A stretch of 64,000 nucleotides of DNA from Candidatus Buchananbacteria bacterium. Lineage in GTDB: Bacteria > Patescibacteriota > Patescibacteriia > 2-01-FULL-39-33 > JBAYJR01. Positions 49,442 through 58,352 of the stretch are shown here, one piece after another. Under the pieces are notes generated by a model. It was given only the letters and a program-made list of their open reading frames with translations, did no database searches and was not told where the DNA came from. The DNA lies in assembly GCA_041665005.1 (NCBI GenBank), contig JBAYJR010000002.1, positions 25,120 to 89,119 of the forward strand. The letters are read 5' to 3'. A program made the translations under genes and the position numbers. The number at the start of each line of letters is the position of its first letter. Position 1 is the stretch's first letter.

Positions 49442-50845
49442 ATGAAACGTAGTGAAATATTTTTTGGCGCAATTTTGGTACCCGTTGATTTGTTAATGAT
49501 CATGTTGGCCAGTTTAACGGCCTATTGGATTCGCTTTGGCCAATATGCTAGCAGTTTACGGCCGGTTACTTTTAAATTGCCCTGGCAAACTTATTTGTGG
49601 TATAGCCTGTTAGTGGCCGCGGTCTGGTTGATAATTTTTGCTTTAGCTAAACTTTATGTTATCGCCGCCACGCGGTCGTGGCGAGAAGAATTTCGGCGGT
49701 TATTTTTTGCCTGCACCACTGGTTTACTGGTGGTTATTTTAATTGATTTTGCGCGGCATGAACTTTTTTCTTCGCGCTTTATTGTGTTAGCGGTGTGGTT
49801 GTTGTCCATTATTTATATTGGCTTTGGCCGGTGGTTAATTAGGCATTTACAACAACAATTATTGAGGCGGGGGATTGGTGTGCATCGGATTGTAATTATT
49901 GGTCAAGATAAAGCTAGCCAGGTTTTGACCCAGTATTTTAAAAATAATTATAAATTAGGCTATGTAGTGGTTAAGGTTTTTATTGATTTTAGTCCAACCA
50001 TTAAGCAAGAGTTGCAACAATTAATTCAGCAAGATAAGGTTGATGAAATTTTAGCCGGCTCGCCACATTTAGCCAAAACCGAATTGCAGGAATTATATGC
50101 TTTTTCTTACGAACATCATTTACCGTTAAAATATGTGGCTGATTTATTTGCCGCCCAAGCCCCCAAAATTGAGATTTCTTTTTTGGCCGGTATTCCTGTA
50201 GTAGAAGTAAAAAAAACCAAGTTGGATGGTTGGGGCCGAGTCGCTAAAAGATTGTCTGATTTAATTGGTGCAATTATTTTGATTATTATCTTTTCGCCGA
50301 TTATGTTGCTAGAAGCCTTGGCGATTAAATTAGATTCGGCTGGTCCAGTTTTTTTTGCTTATCAGCGGATTGGCCAAAACGGCAAAACTTTTCGTTATTT
50401 TAAATTTCGTTCCATGAAACACAATACTCATCACTTGCGGTATGATGATGAATTTGTGCTGCAACAACAAAATTTGCGTAATGGCACGCCAGTCATTAAA
50501 TTTAAAAATGATCCGCGGATTACCCGAGTGGGGAAAATTATTAGGCGGTTTAGTTTGGACGAATTGGCAGAATTATTTTTGGTGCTGATTGGTCAAATGA
50601 GCTTAGTCGGGCCCCGGCCTCATGAGGTGGAAGAAGTAGCGCGTTATGATCAGTGGCAAAAAAGAGTGTTAAATATTAAGCCGGGGATGACCGGTTTGGC
50701 CCAAGTTTCGGGTCGGTCAGATTTAGCGTTTAATCAGGAAGTAAATTTAGATATTTATTACATGGAACATTGGTCGTGGCTGCAAGATTTAGTTATTTTA
50801 GTAAAAACTCCCTTAGCAGTTTTGCGTAAAAGGCGAGCGGAATAA
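49442..50845 (+). CDS. polyprenyl-phosphate hexose-1-phosphate transferase (WcaJ-like sugar transferase)
   Basis: N-terminal TM helices, KFRSM, DPRIT, SLDEL, MSLVGPRP, KPGMTGLAQV. Confidence 0.92.
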   Translation: MKRSEIFFGAILVPVDLLMIMLASLTAYWIRFGQYASSLRPVTFKLPWQTYLWYSLLVAAVWLIIFALAKLYVIAATRSWREEFRRLFFACTTGLLVVILIDFARHELFSSRFIVLAVWLLSIIYIGFGRWLIRHLQQQLLRRGIGVHRIVIIGQDKASQVLTQYFKNNYKLGYVVVKVFIDFSPTIKQELQQLIQQDKVDEILAGSPHLAKTELQELYAFSYEHHLPLKYVADLFAAQAPKIEISFLAGIPVVEVKKTKLDGWGRVAKRLSDLIGAIILIIIFSPIMLLEALAIKLDSAGPVFFAYQRIGQNGKTFRYFKFRSMKHNTHHLRYDDEFVLQQQNLRNGTPVIKFKNDPRITRVGKIIRRFSLDELAELFLVLIGQMSLVGPRPHEVEEVARYDQWQKRVLNIKPGMTGLAQVSGRSDLAFNQEVNLDIYYMEHWSWLQDLVILVKTPLAVLRKRRAE

Positions 50846-50858
50846 AAGAACCACCGAA

Positions 50859-51290
50859 TTACTTCGGTGGTTTGGTTTTTGGTTTAACTTTTACGACTAG
50901 CGCCTTAGTGGCACTGCCGCTAAAAATCATTGCGTTTAGCGGGGTAAGAACATCAATGATGTCATAGTCCTGCTTTATCTTTGCTAAGCCTTCCTTTAGG
51001 GCCGGCAGATAAGAAATGCTACTACAATCAAGGCTGGTATACTCCGTTGCTTCTAGTAGCAACAGCTCGTTACTAATCGTAACGATGGAAAAACTTGATT
51101 TTGCATAATGGTTCCGTACGCCGTGGTTGGTATCAGCTGCCCTTGCCTTGGCAAAACTTTTTTCAAATGGTATATATAGAGATTTATATAAATAGTTATA
51201 TACACCGCCGAATACTAGCAGAATTATCACAATTATTACTACTAGTGCAATAGCTGCTAGAGTTTTAGAGTTTTTGGTTGATATTTGCAT
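50859..51290 (-). CDS. orphan membrane-anchored protein (SD-cassette class)
   Basis: AGGAGGT, TTGACA-N17-TAGTTT, N-terminal TM. Confidence 0.65.
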   Translation of the reverse strand: MQISTKNSKTLAAIALVVIIVIILLVFGGVYNYLYKSLYIPFEKSFAKARAADTNHGVRNHYAKSSFSIVTISNELLLLEATEYTSLDCSSISYLPALKEGLAKIKQDYDIIDVLTPLNAMIFSGSATKALVVKVKPKTKPPK

Positions 51291-51395
51291 TAGCTAAACA
51301 CCTCCTTTTTGTTATTAAACTAGCAGTTTTTTGATTTGTTGTCAAGTGGGCTAAAAGTTGCTAAAATATAAACACTAATTGACTAGTTATCATTT

Positions 51396-52493
51396 ATGAA
51401 AATTGCTTTGGTTCATGATCATTTAGCCCAAGATGGGGGAGCGGAACGGGTTTTAAAAATTATTCAACAAACCTTTGTTGGCGCGCCTACTTATACTTTA
51501 TTTTATAATCCGCAAAAAGCGGACCCTTTTTTTGCTAAACAAGATATTCGCACTTCTTGGTTGCAACAAATGCCAGGGATTACCAAACATTATCAATGGT
51601 ATTTAACTTTAATGCCCGCCGCGGTGGAAAGTTTAAAATTTGAAGAATATGATGTGGTTTTATCCGACACTTCTTCTTTTGCAAAAGGGATAATTACCGG
51701 ACCACAAACTTTGCATCTTTGTTACTGTCATACCCCCACTAGGTATATTTGGAGTGATCGCCATACTTACGTTAAAGAATTGCATTATAACCGCTTAGTT
51801 AAATTGGCTATTCCGGCCGTGCTTAGTCGTTTGCGTCAATGGGATTTTATGGCCGCGCAACGGCCGGATAAATTTTTGGCCAATTCCGCCTTGGTACAAA
51901 AACGGATTGCTAAATATTATCATCGGCCGTCGCAAATTATTCATCCGCCGGTAGAAACTAATAATTTTAAAATTGCCCCCAAGGTAGGAAATTATTTTTT
52001 AATTGGTGGCCGCTTGGTGGCTTATAAGCGTTATGATTTAGCCGTTAAAGCTTTTTCGCGGATTGGTTTACCTTTAAAAATTTTTGGTGAAGGTCCGGAA
52101 CTAGCTAATCTACAAAAATTGGCCAAAAAGAATATAGAATTTTTAGGCAAGGTTGATTATCAACAGTTGACTAAATTATATAGCGAGTGTTTGGCTTTTT
52201 TGCATCCGCAGGAAGAAGATTTTGGTATTACGGCGGTGGAAGCGATGGCGGCCGGCCGGCCAGTAATTGCTTATGCGGCCGGTGGTGCTTTAGAAACGGT
52301 TATACCAGGTGTCAGCGGACAGTTTATTGATGAACAAAGCTGGGAGGCAATTATTGACGCAGTGATTAGATTTAAACCGGAAAATCTTAATCCGTTGGCC
52401 ATAAAAAATCAGGCGGAAAAATTTTCAGTCGCTAATTTTCAGCAACAACTTTTACAAGTAGTCAACGATGGCTGGCAAGAATTTCGTAATTAA
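51396..52493 (+). CDS. glycosyltransferase family 4
   Basis: GGAERV, YCHTP.RY, EDFGITAVEAMA.G. Confidence 0.92.
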   Translation: MKIALVHDHLAQDGGAERVLKIIQQTFVGAPTYTLFYNPQKADPFFAKQDIRTSWLQQMPGITKHYQWYLTLMPAAVESLKFEEYDVVLSDTSSFAKGIITGPQTLHLCYCHTPTRYIWSDRHTYVKELHYNRLVKLAIPAVLSRLRQWDFMAAQRPDKFLANSALVQKRIAKYYHRPSQIIHPPVETNNFKIAPKVGNYFLIGGRLVAYKRYDLAVKAFSRIGLPLKIFGEGPELANLQKLAKKNIEFLGKVDYQQLTKLYSECLAFLHPQEEDFGITAVEAMAAGRPVIAYAAGGALETVIPGVSGQFIDEQSWEAIIDAVIRFKPENLNPLAIKNQAEKFSVANFQQQLLQVVNDGWQEFRN

Positions 52494-52498
52494 TCTTT

Positions 52499-53671
52499 AT
52501 GAACATTGGCGTAGATATTAGATGTTTAATTCGTGGTCGCTACAATGGCGTGGCGGAATACACTTATCAGCTGTTAACGGCCTTGTTTGCGTTAGATCAA
52601 AAAAATCAGTATTGGTTGTTTTATAATTCTTACAGTCAGGTAAGTTTGCCGCCATTTAATCAGGCCAACGTTCATTACGTGGGGTTTCGTTACCCTAATC
52701 GGTTATTAATGTTGGGATTAAAACTTTTTAACTGGCCCAAATTAGATCAATTGATTGCCCAAAGATATTTGTTGTATCCGGAACCGATAAAATTTGATTT
52801 ATTTTTTTTACCTAATTTAGATTTTGTGTGTTTTAGTAAAAAGGTACCAGTAGTTTTAACGGCTCATGACTTATCTTACGAATTATTTCCTTACTTTTTT
52901 TCGCAAAAAATATTATGGTGGCATCGTTTAATTAATCCGCGTCGCTTAGCCCAAACGGCGCAAAAGATTTTAGCGGTTTCGGAAAATACTAAAAATGATT
53001 TGGTTAAAATATATCAAATTCCCGAAACCAAGGTGGTGAAGGTTTATTCCGGCTTGGATCAAGCGTTTAAAAAGATCACGGACCAGGAAGCTTTGGCTTT
53101 GGCACGAACTAATTGGCGATTGCCGGAAAAATTTATTTTAGGCTTGGGTACGATTGAGCCGCGGAAAAATTGGGAGAGTCTAATTTTGGCCTGGCAACGG
53201 GCTAAAATTAAATACAATATTCCGCACCAGCTGGTTTTGGTGGGTAATCAAGGCTGGCTACAAAGTTCGGTTTTTAATCTAATTAAACAATCGCGCTTGC
53301 GCCAAGAAATCAGATATTTAAATTCCGTTCAGCCCGAGGAACGCGTTTGGTTGTATAATTTAGCGGATTTGTTTGTTTATCCTTCCTGGTATGAAGGTTT
53401 TGGTTTTCCGCCGTTGGAAGCCATGGCTTGTGGCTTGCCGACAATTATCGCTAGTAATTCCGCCTTGTCCGAAGTGGCTAGTGCCGGGGCGTTATTGGTT
53501 AATCCCGATAATATTATTGAAATCAGTGAAGCGATGCAACAGGTTTTGAGTGATGAAAATTTAAAAAATGATTTAGCTAAACGGGGCCAGCAAGTTGCCG
53601 GTAATTATCCTTGGTCAAAAACCGCCCAAGAAGTTTTGGCCGTGTTTAATCAGCTAAAAATTCAGTCATAA
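52499..53671 (+). CDS. glycosyltransferase family 4 (mannosyltransferase-like)
   Basis: HDL, EPRKN, YEGFGFPPLEAM. Confidence 0.92.
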   Translation: MNIGVDIRCLIRGRYNGVAEYTYQLLTALFALDQKNQYWLFYNSYSQVSLPPFNQANVHYVGFRYPNRLLMLGLKLFNWPKLDQLIAQRYLLYPEPIKFDLFFLPNLDFVCFSKKVPVVLTAHDLSYELFPYFFSQKILWWHRLINPRRLAQTAQKILAVSENTKNDLVKIYQIPETKVVKVYSGLDQAFKKITDQEALALARTNWRLPEKFILGLGTIEPRKNWESLILAWQRAKIKYNIPHQLVLVGNQGWLQSSVFNLIKQSRLRQEIRYLNSVQPEERVWLYNLADLFVYPSWYEGFGFPPLEAMACGLPTIIASNSALSEVASAGALLVNPDNIIEISEAMQQVLSDENLKNDLAKRGQQVAGNYPWSKTAQEVLAVFNQLKIQS

Positions 53672-53673
53672 TT

Positions 53674-54786
53674 ATGAAAGTCATAATTGATGCTCGTTTT
53701 TGGGGGCCAACACACACTGGCTTGGGAGTTTATACTAAGCAATTTGTTTTAGCCTTGGCCGAAATTGATCAAATTAATCAGTATGTTTTATTATTGCGTC
53801 AAGAAGTGCTGGCCGAAATTAATTTGCCGGCTAATTTTAAAAAAGTAGTTTGTAATTTAAAACCCTATTCTCTTAAAGAGCAATTAATTTTGCCGATTAT
53901 TTTGGGGCGATTAAAACCAGATTTGGTGCATTTTACTTCGATTAATGTGCCAATTTTTTATTTTGGTAAATATTTAGTTACGGTACATGATTTAATTAAA
54001 CATCAATTTACGGGCAAAGAAATGACTACTCGCCAACAGAGTATTTATTGGCTAAAGCAGTTTGGTTATTTAGCAGTTTTTAGAGTAATTTGTAAATTAG
54101 CTAAATTAATTTTAGTGCCATCGCAGTCAGTAAAGTCCGAGTTAGTTAAATTTTATCCGTTTACGGCTAATAAAATCTCGGTTACTTACGAGGCGGCCAC
54201 TTTGACCCAGTTTAAGTCAGTAGTTAGTAATTTAGCCCAATATAATTTACCGCCAAAGTTTTGTGTTTATACGGGGAACCCTTACCCGCATAAAAATTTA
54301 GCCAGATTAATTAAAGCTTGGCCGGCGGTTTATACTGCCACTAGTCAACAGTTAGTTTTGGTCTGCGGTCGTAGTGTTTTTAGTCAAAGGATAAATAAAT
54401 TAGTTAAACAACAAAACGCCGAACAGTTTGTTAAGTTTGTTGGTTATGTTAGGGATCAAGATTTATTAGCGGTTTATCGCCAGGCCTCCGCTTATATTTT
54501 TCCAACTTTGGCTGAGGGGTTTGGTTTGCCGGGATTAGACGCAATGTTGGTTGGTTTGCCAGTGGCTTGTTCGGATATTCCAGTTTTGCGCGAGGTTTAT
54601 GGCCCGGCCGCCGTTTATTTTAATCCGCGGGATACTGTGGATATGGCCGCTAAAATTACTGAATTAATCAGTAACCAAGTACTTAGAACCAAAGTAATTG
54701 ATTTTGGCTTTATACAAGCGGCCAGGTATAGCTGGTTAACTTGCGCTCAAGAGACACTTAGACTGTATCAGTTGCTTGCTAAATAA
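53674..54786 (+). CDS. glycosyltransferase family 4
   Basis: HDL, HKN, EGFGLPGLDAM, SDIP. Confidence 0.92.
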   Translation: MKVIIDARFWGPTHTGLGVYTKQFVLALAEIDQINQYVLLLRQEVLAEINLPANFKKVVCNLKPYSLKEQLILPIILGRLKPDLVHFTSINVPIFYFGKYLVTVHDLIKHQFTGKEMTTRQQSIYWLKQFGYLAVFRVICKLAKLILVPSQSVKSELVKFYPFTANKISVTYEAATLTQFKSVVSNLAQYNLPPKFCVYTGNPYPHKNLARLIKAWPAVYTATSQQLVLVCGRSVFSQRINKLVKQQNAEQFVKFVGYVRDQDLLAVYRQASAYIFPTLAEGFGLPGLDAMLVGLPVACSDIPVLREVYGPAAVYFNPRDTVDMAAKITELISNQVLRTKVIDFGFIQAARYSWLTCAQETLRLYQLLAK

Positions 54787-54831
54787 TGAGTTATAATTTA
54801 AGATTTAGTAGTGCTAGAATAATAAACTTAT

Positions 54832-56016
54832 ATGCCCCAACTTTGCCCCGAACTCACAATTAAGTTAGTCTCCCTCAAACAACTCAAAGCAGAGTTTGAT
54901 TTGGAATTGACTAACTTGTCCCAAACAGGCAAGACAGGGGATTTAGTTTTGGTTAGAGAAGCTAAAGCCAACCTAAATCAAACCCTCCAAGAGTTCCAGA
55001 AACAAATCACTCAAATTGAATGGCAAGAGTTTTATGCTTATTCTTCTCGAGAATTGATTGCGGTAGAAAAGAAAATAAATTATCACGAAATTAAAACTCT
55101 CGAAGGACATACTAATACTGTACAGACCCTCCAAGTCCTCCCTGATAGTCGCATTGTTTCAGGTAGTCATGATAATACTATTAAGATTTGGCAACCAGAT
55201 AGTCAGGGTAATTATCAAAATACGCAAACCCTTAAAGAACATGTTTATCTTGTGGATACTCTCCAAGCCCTCCCTGATGGTCGTATTGTTTCAGGTAGTG
55301 CTGATGGTACTATTAAAATCTGGCAAACAGATAGCCAGGGCAACTATCAAAACACCCAAACACTCGAAGGACACACTAATTGGGTATCCGCCCTGCAAGT
55401 CCTACCTGATGGCCTTATTGTTTCGGGTAGTGGTGATAACACTATCAAAATTTGGAAACCAGACAGCCAAGGCAACTATAAAAACACCCAAACCCTCACC
55501 CAAATCCTCAGAGGAAAGATTGAATCTGTCCTCACCTTGAAGGTTCTACCCGATGGCCGGATTGTTTCGGGTTGTCATGATAGAACTATTAAAATTTGGC
55601 AACCAGACAGTCAAGGTAACTATAAAAATACGCAAACCCTCAAAGGACATGTCGATCAGGTGCGTACCCTCCAAGCCTTCTCTGATGGTCGCATTGTTTC
55701 AGGTAGTGCTGATGGTACTATTAAAATCTGGCAAACAGATAGCCAGGGCAACTATCAAAACACCCAAACACTCGAGGGGCATACTAATGCTGTATACACT
55801 CTGCAAGTCCTCACCGATGGTCGCATTGTTTCAGGTAGTGGTGATAAGACCATTAAAATTTGGGAACTAGACAGTCAAAACGACTATCAAAACACCCAAA
55901 CACTCGAGGGGCATACTAGATGGGTAGACACCCTCCAAGTCCTCCCTGATGGCCGCATTGTTTCGGGTAGTGGTGATCACACTATTAAAATATGGGATGG
56001 TGATAAAGTAGATTAA
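54832..56016 (+). CDS. WD40 seven-blade beta-propeller with N-terminal helical module
   Basis: seven ~44-aa repeats TLEGH..V..LQVLPDGRIVSGS.D.TIKIW. Confidence 0.93.
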   Translation: MPQLCPELTIKLVSLKQLKAEFDLELTNLSQTGKTGDLVLVREAKANLNQTLQEFQKQITQIEWQEFYAYSSRELIAVEKKINYHEIKTLEGHTNTVQTLQVLPDSRIVSGSHDNTIKIWQPDSQGNYQNTQTLKEHVYLVDTLQALPDGRIVSGSADGTIKIWQTDSQGNYQNTQTLEGHTNWVSALQVLPDGLIVSGSGDNTIKIWKPDSQGNYKNTQTLTQILRGKIESVLTLKVLPDGRIVSGCHDRTIKIWQPDSQGNYKNTQTLKGHVDQVRTLQAFSDGRIVSGSADGTIKIWQTDSQGNYQNTQTLEGHTNAVYTLQVLTDGRIVSGSGDKTIKIWELDSQNDYQNTQTLEGHTRWVDTLQVLPDGRIVSGSGDHTIKIWDGDKVD

Positions 56017-56026
56017 ATAAATTTAT

Positions 56027-57085
56027 ATGCCCCAACTTTGCCCCGAACTCACTACCAAACTAGTCTCTCTCAAACAACTCAAACAAGAGTTCGATTTGGA
56101 ATTATCTGGCCTACCTCAAACAGGTAAGACAGGGGATTTAGCCTTGGTTAGAGAAGCTAAGAATAAATTAGTGCAGGGAATTAAAGAACTTCAAAAAAGT
56201 CTTTGGCCGTTAGAATATACGGAATTAACTTTTGAAAATTTTGAAGCCCAATATGAATTCCAGAAAAACCTTCTCCTAAACTCAGGCCTGCTAAAAACCC
56301 TCACCACTGGCGGATTAGGCATTGAAGCAATTGATAACAAAGAATATCCCATACCCACCTTAGAACAGATTGAAGAAATGATGCTAGAGAAACGAGAGTT
56401 TTTAAAAACTAAAATACCACAAGGCTTTGTTAAGTTAGTCCTTGTTCCACTCGGCCTACCTCTAGATTCCTTGATTAAGGCCTATGGTGACACTCTAAAC
56501 GAACACTATCGGCAAGGCAAGCTCTTGGACACCAAAAATAAACCCTTAGAGCTTGGGGAAGAGTCTATTGTTGGTTGCGCTAGGTATACAGAGGCCGAAG
56601 CCACAGGAGACTTAGTATATTTCCCCCAAGAATACTCTAAAACTACTCACCAAGGTAAAACCAAAAAACAACTTCTACTCATCCAAGCCTGGCAAGTCCT
56701 ACTAATTGAAGACTTGCCCGATCTTCCAGCCGAAGGTCGGAGTAAAATCAAGGCTAAACGCCAGCAACAAGAAGCTAACCAATCACCTAATTATTATCTT
56801 AAACAACTCCAAAACGACCCTCAGTATAAAGGTGAACAGGGTCTAACCCCAGAATCATGGTTAATTTATGCCTTAAGCCACTTAACCCAAACCAATCAAG
56901 TAATTGATAATTATGAGGGTTCGAGTAAGGGTTGTTATCTGCTTAGCGTTTGTTTCAAAAAATTTGGCTACGTGTCGTATGTCTATTTCTACCGTAAACT
57001 TGCGCAGGTTATTTTTGATCAACATGATCCGGCCGCCGGTTCTTATTCTAACGTTTCCAGCCGTTCGGCGGTGAGTATTCTTTAA
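56027..57085 (+). CDS. DGR-target-like protein (C-lectin-like C-terminus) with N-terminal helical module
   Basis: GLTPESW, ID, V..Y.R...V...D.P......R.AV C-terminal pattern. Confidence 0.7.
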   Translation: MPQLCPELTTKLVSLKQLKQEFDLELSGLPQTGKTGDLALVREAKNKLVQGIKELQKSLWPLEYTELTFENFEAQYEFQKNLLLNSGLLKTLTTGGLGIEAIDNKEYPIPTLEQIEEMMLEKREFLKTKIPQGFVKLVLVPLGLPLDSLIKAYGDTLNEHYRQGKLLDTKNKPLELGEESIVGCARYTEAEATGDLVYFPQEYSKTTHQGKTKKQLLLIQAWQVLLIEDLPDLPAEGRSKIKAKRQQQEANQSPNYYLKQLQNDPQYKGEQGLTPESWLIYALSHLTQTNQVIDNYEGSSKGCYLLSVCFKKFGYVSYVYFYRKLAQVIFDQHDPAAGSYSNVSSRSAVSIL

Positions 57086-57095
57086 ATAAATTTGT

Positions 57096-58157
57096 ATGCC
57101 CCAACTTTGCCCCGAACTTACTTCCAAACTAGCCTCCCTCAAACAGCTCAAACAACAGTTTGATTTGGAATTTACTAAAATTAAAAGTCTAGACTCTAAA
57201 AAATCCGATAATCTTATTTTCATCAGAGAAACTAAAATTAAACTAGAGCAAGGCTTAGCAGAATTTTCAGACCTTTTCTGGCCATTTGAAAATACTGAAT
57301 TAAATTGGGAAAATTTTGAAACCCAATATGAATCCCAGAAAAACCTTCTTATCAAGACCGGCTTATTAAAGAAAATTTCAACTGGCGAACTAGGTATTAA
57401 GGCAATTGATAAGAAGGAATATCCCATACTTACATTAGAACAGATTAAAGAAATGATGTTAGAAAAAAGAGATTTCTTTAAAACCAAAATTAATCAAGGT
57501 TTTGTTAAACTAGCTCTTGTTCCCTTTGGCTTACCAATTAGCTCTCTAATAAAGGCTTATGACAAGGCCCTAACCGAACATCATCAACAAGGCAAACTCT
57601 TGGACACCAAAAATCAACCCTTAATGCTTACGGAAGAGCCTATTAAAGATTGGGCTGGATTTGTAGAGGCCGAAACCACAGGAGATTTAGTATATTTTCC
57701 CCAAGCATACTCTAAAACTACTCACCAAGGTAAAACCAAACAAGAACTTTTGTCCAACCAAGCCTGGCAAGTCCTATTACTTGAAGACCTACCCGACCTT
57801 CCACCCGAAGGCCAAGGTAAAATCATCGATCATCGCCAGCAACCAGAAGCTAACCAATCACCCAATAACTATCTTAAACAGCTCCAAACCAACCCTCAGT
57901 ATAAAGGTGAACAAGGTTTAACCCCAGAATCTTGGATAACCTATGCCTTAGGCCACTTAGAACAAACCAATCAGGTGATTGATAATTATGAGGGTTCGGG
58001 TAAGGCTTGCTACTTGCTTAGTATTTTTTTTAAAGAAACTGGCGGCGTGCCGAACGCCTGTTTCAGCCGTAGCCTTGCAGAGGTCGGTTTGGTTCAGCGC
58101 GCTCCGGGCGATCCCAATCCCGACTTTGCCGGCCGTTTTGGGGTGAGTATTTCTTAA
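57096..58157 (+). CDS. paralogous DGR-target-like protein with N-terminal helical module
   Basis: paralog of 56027; ends VPNACFSR...P...GRFGV. Confidence 0.7.
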   Translation: MPQLCPELTSKLASLKQLKQQFDLEFTKIKSLDSKKSDNLIFIRETKIKLEQGLAEFSDLFWPFENTELNWENFETQYESQKNLLIKTGLLKKISTGELGIKAIDKKEYPILTLEQIKEMMLEKRDFFKTKINQGFVKLALVPFGLPISSLIKAYDKALTEHHQQGKLLDTKNQPLMLTEEPIKDWAGFVEAETTGDLVYFPQAYSKTTHQGKTKQELLSNQAWQVLLLEDLPDLPPEGQGKIIDHRQQPEANQSPNNYLKQLQTNPQYKGEQGLTPESWITYALGHLEQTNQVIDNYEGSGKACYLLSIFFKETGGVPNACFSRSLAEVGLVQRAPGDPNPDFAGRFGVSIS

Positions 58158-58352
58158 TTTTATTAATTTTTTTATTTGTTTTATCTAAAATAAGACAAAT
58201 TGGCAGTATTATATAAAATAGGCGAGGAGCTTGTTTTTTTGTTTAAATTGATATTTGTTGTTGTCTGGCTAAATATGTTATAATATGTCCAGTTAAAGTT
58301 AATCACAGCCAAGAAAAATGCCTCGGTAAAATTTTTTTATTGAATAAAGTTA

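Noticed and set aside
55154-55870. Alternate-frame repetitive ORFs inside the WD40 gene
   Set aside because: By-products of the nucleotide repeats
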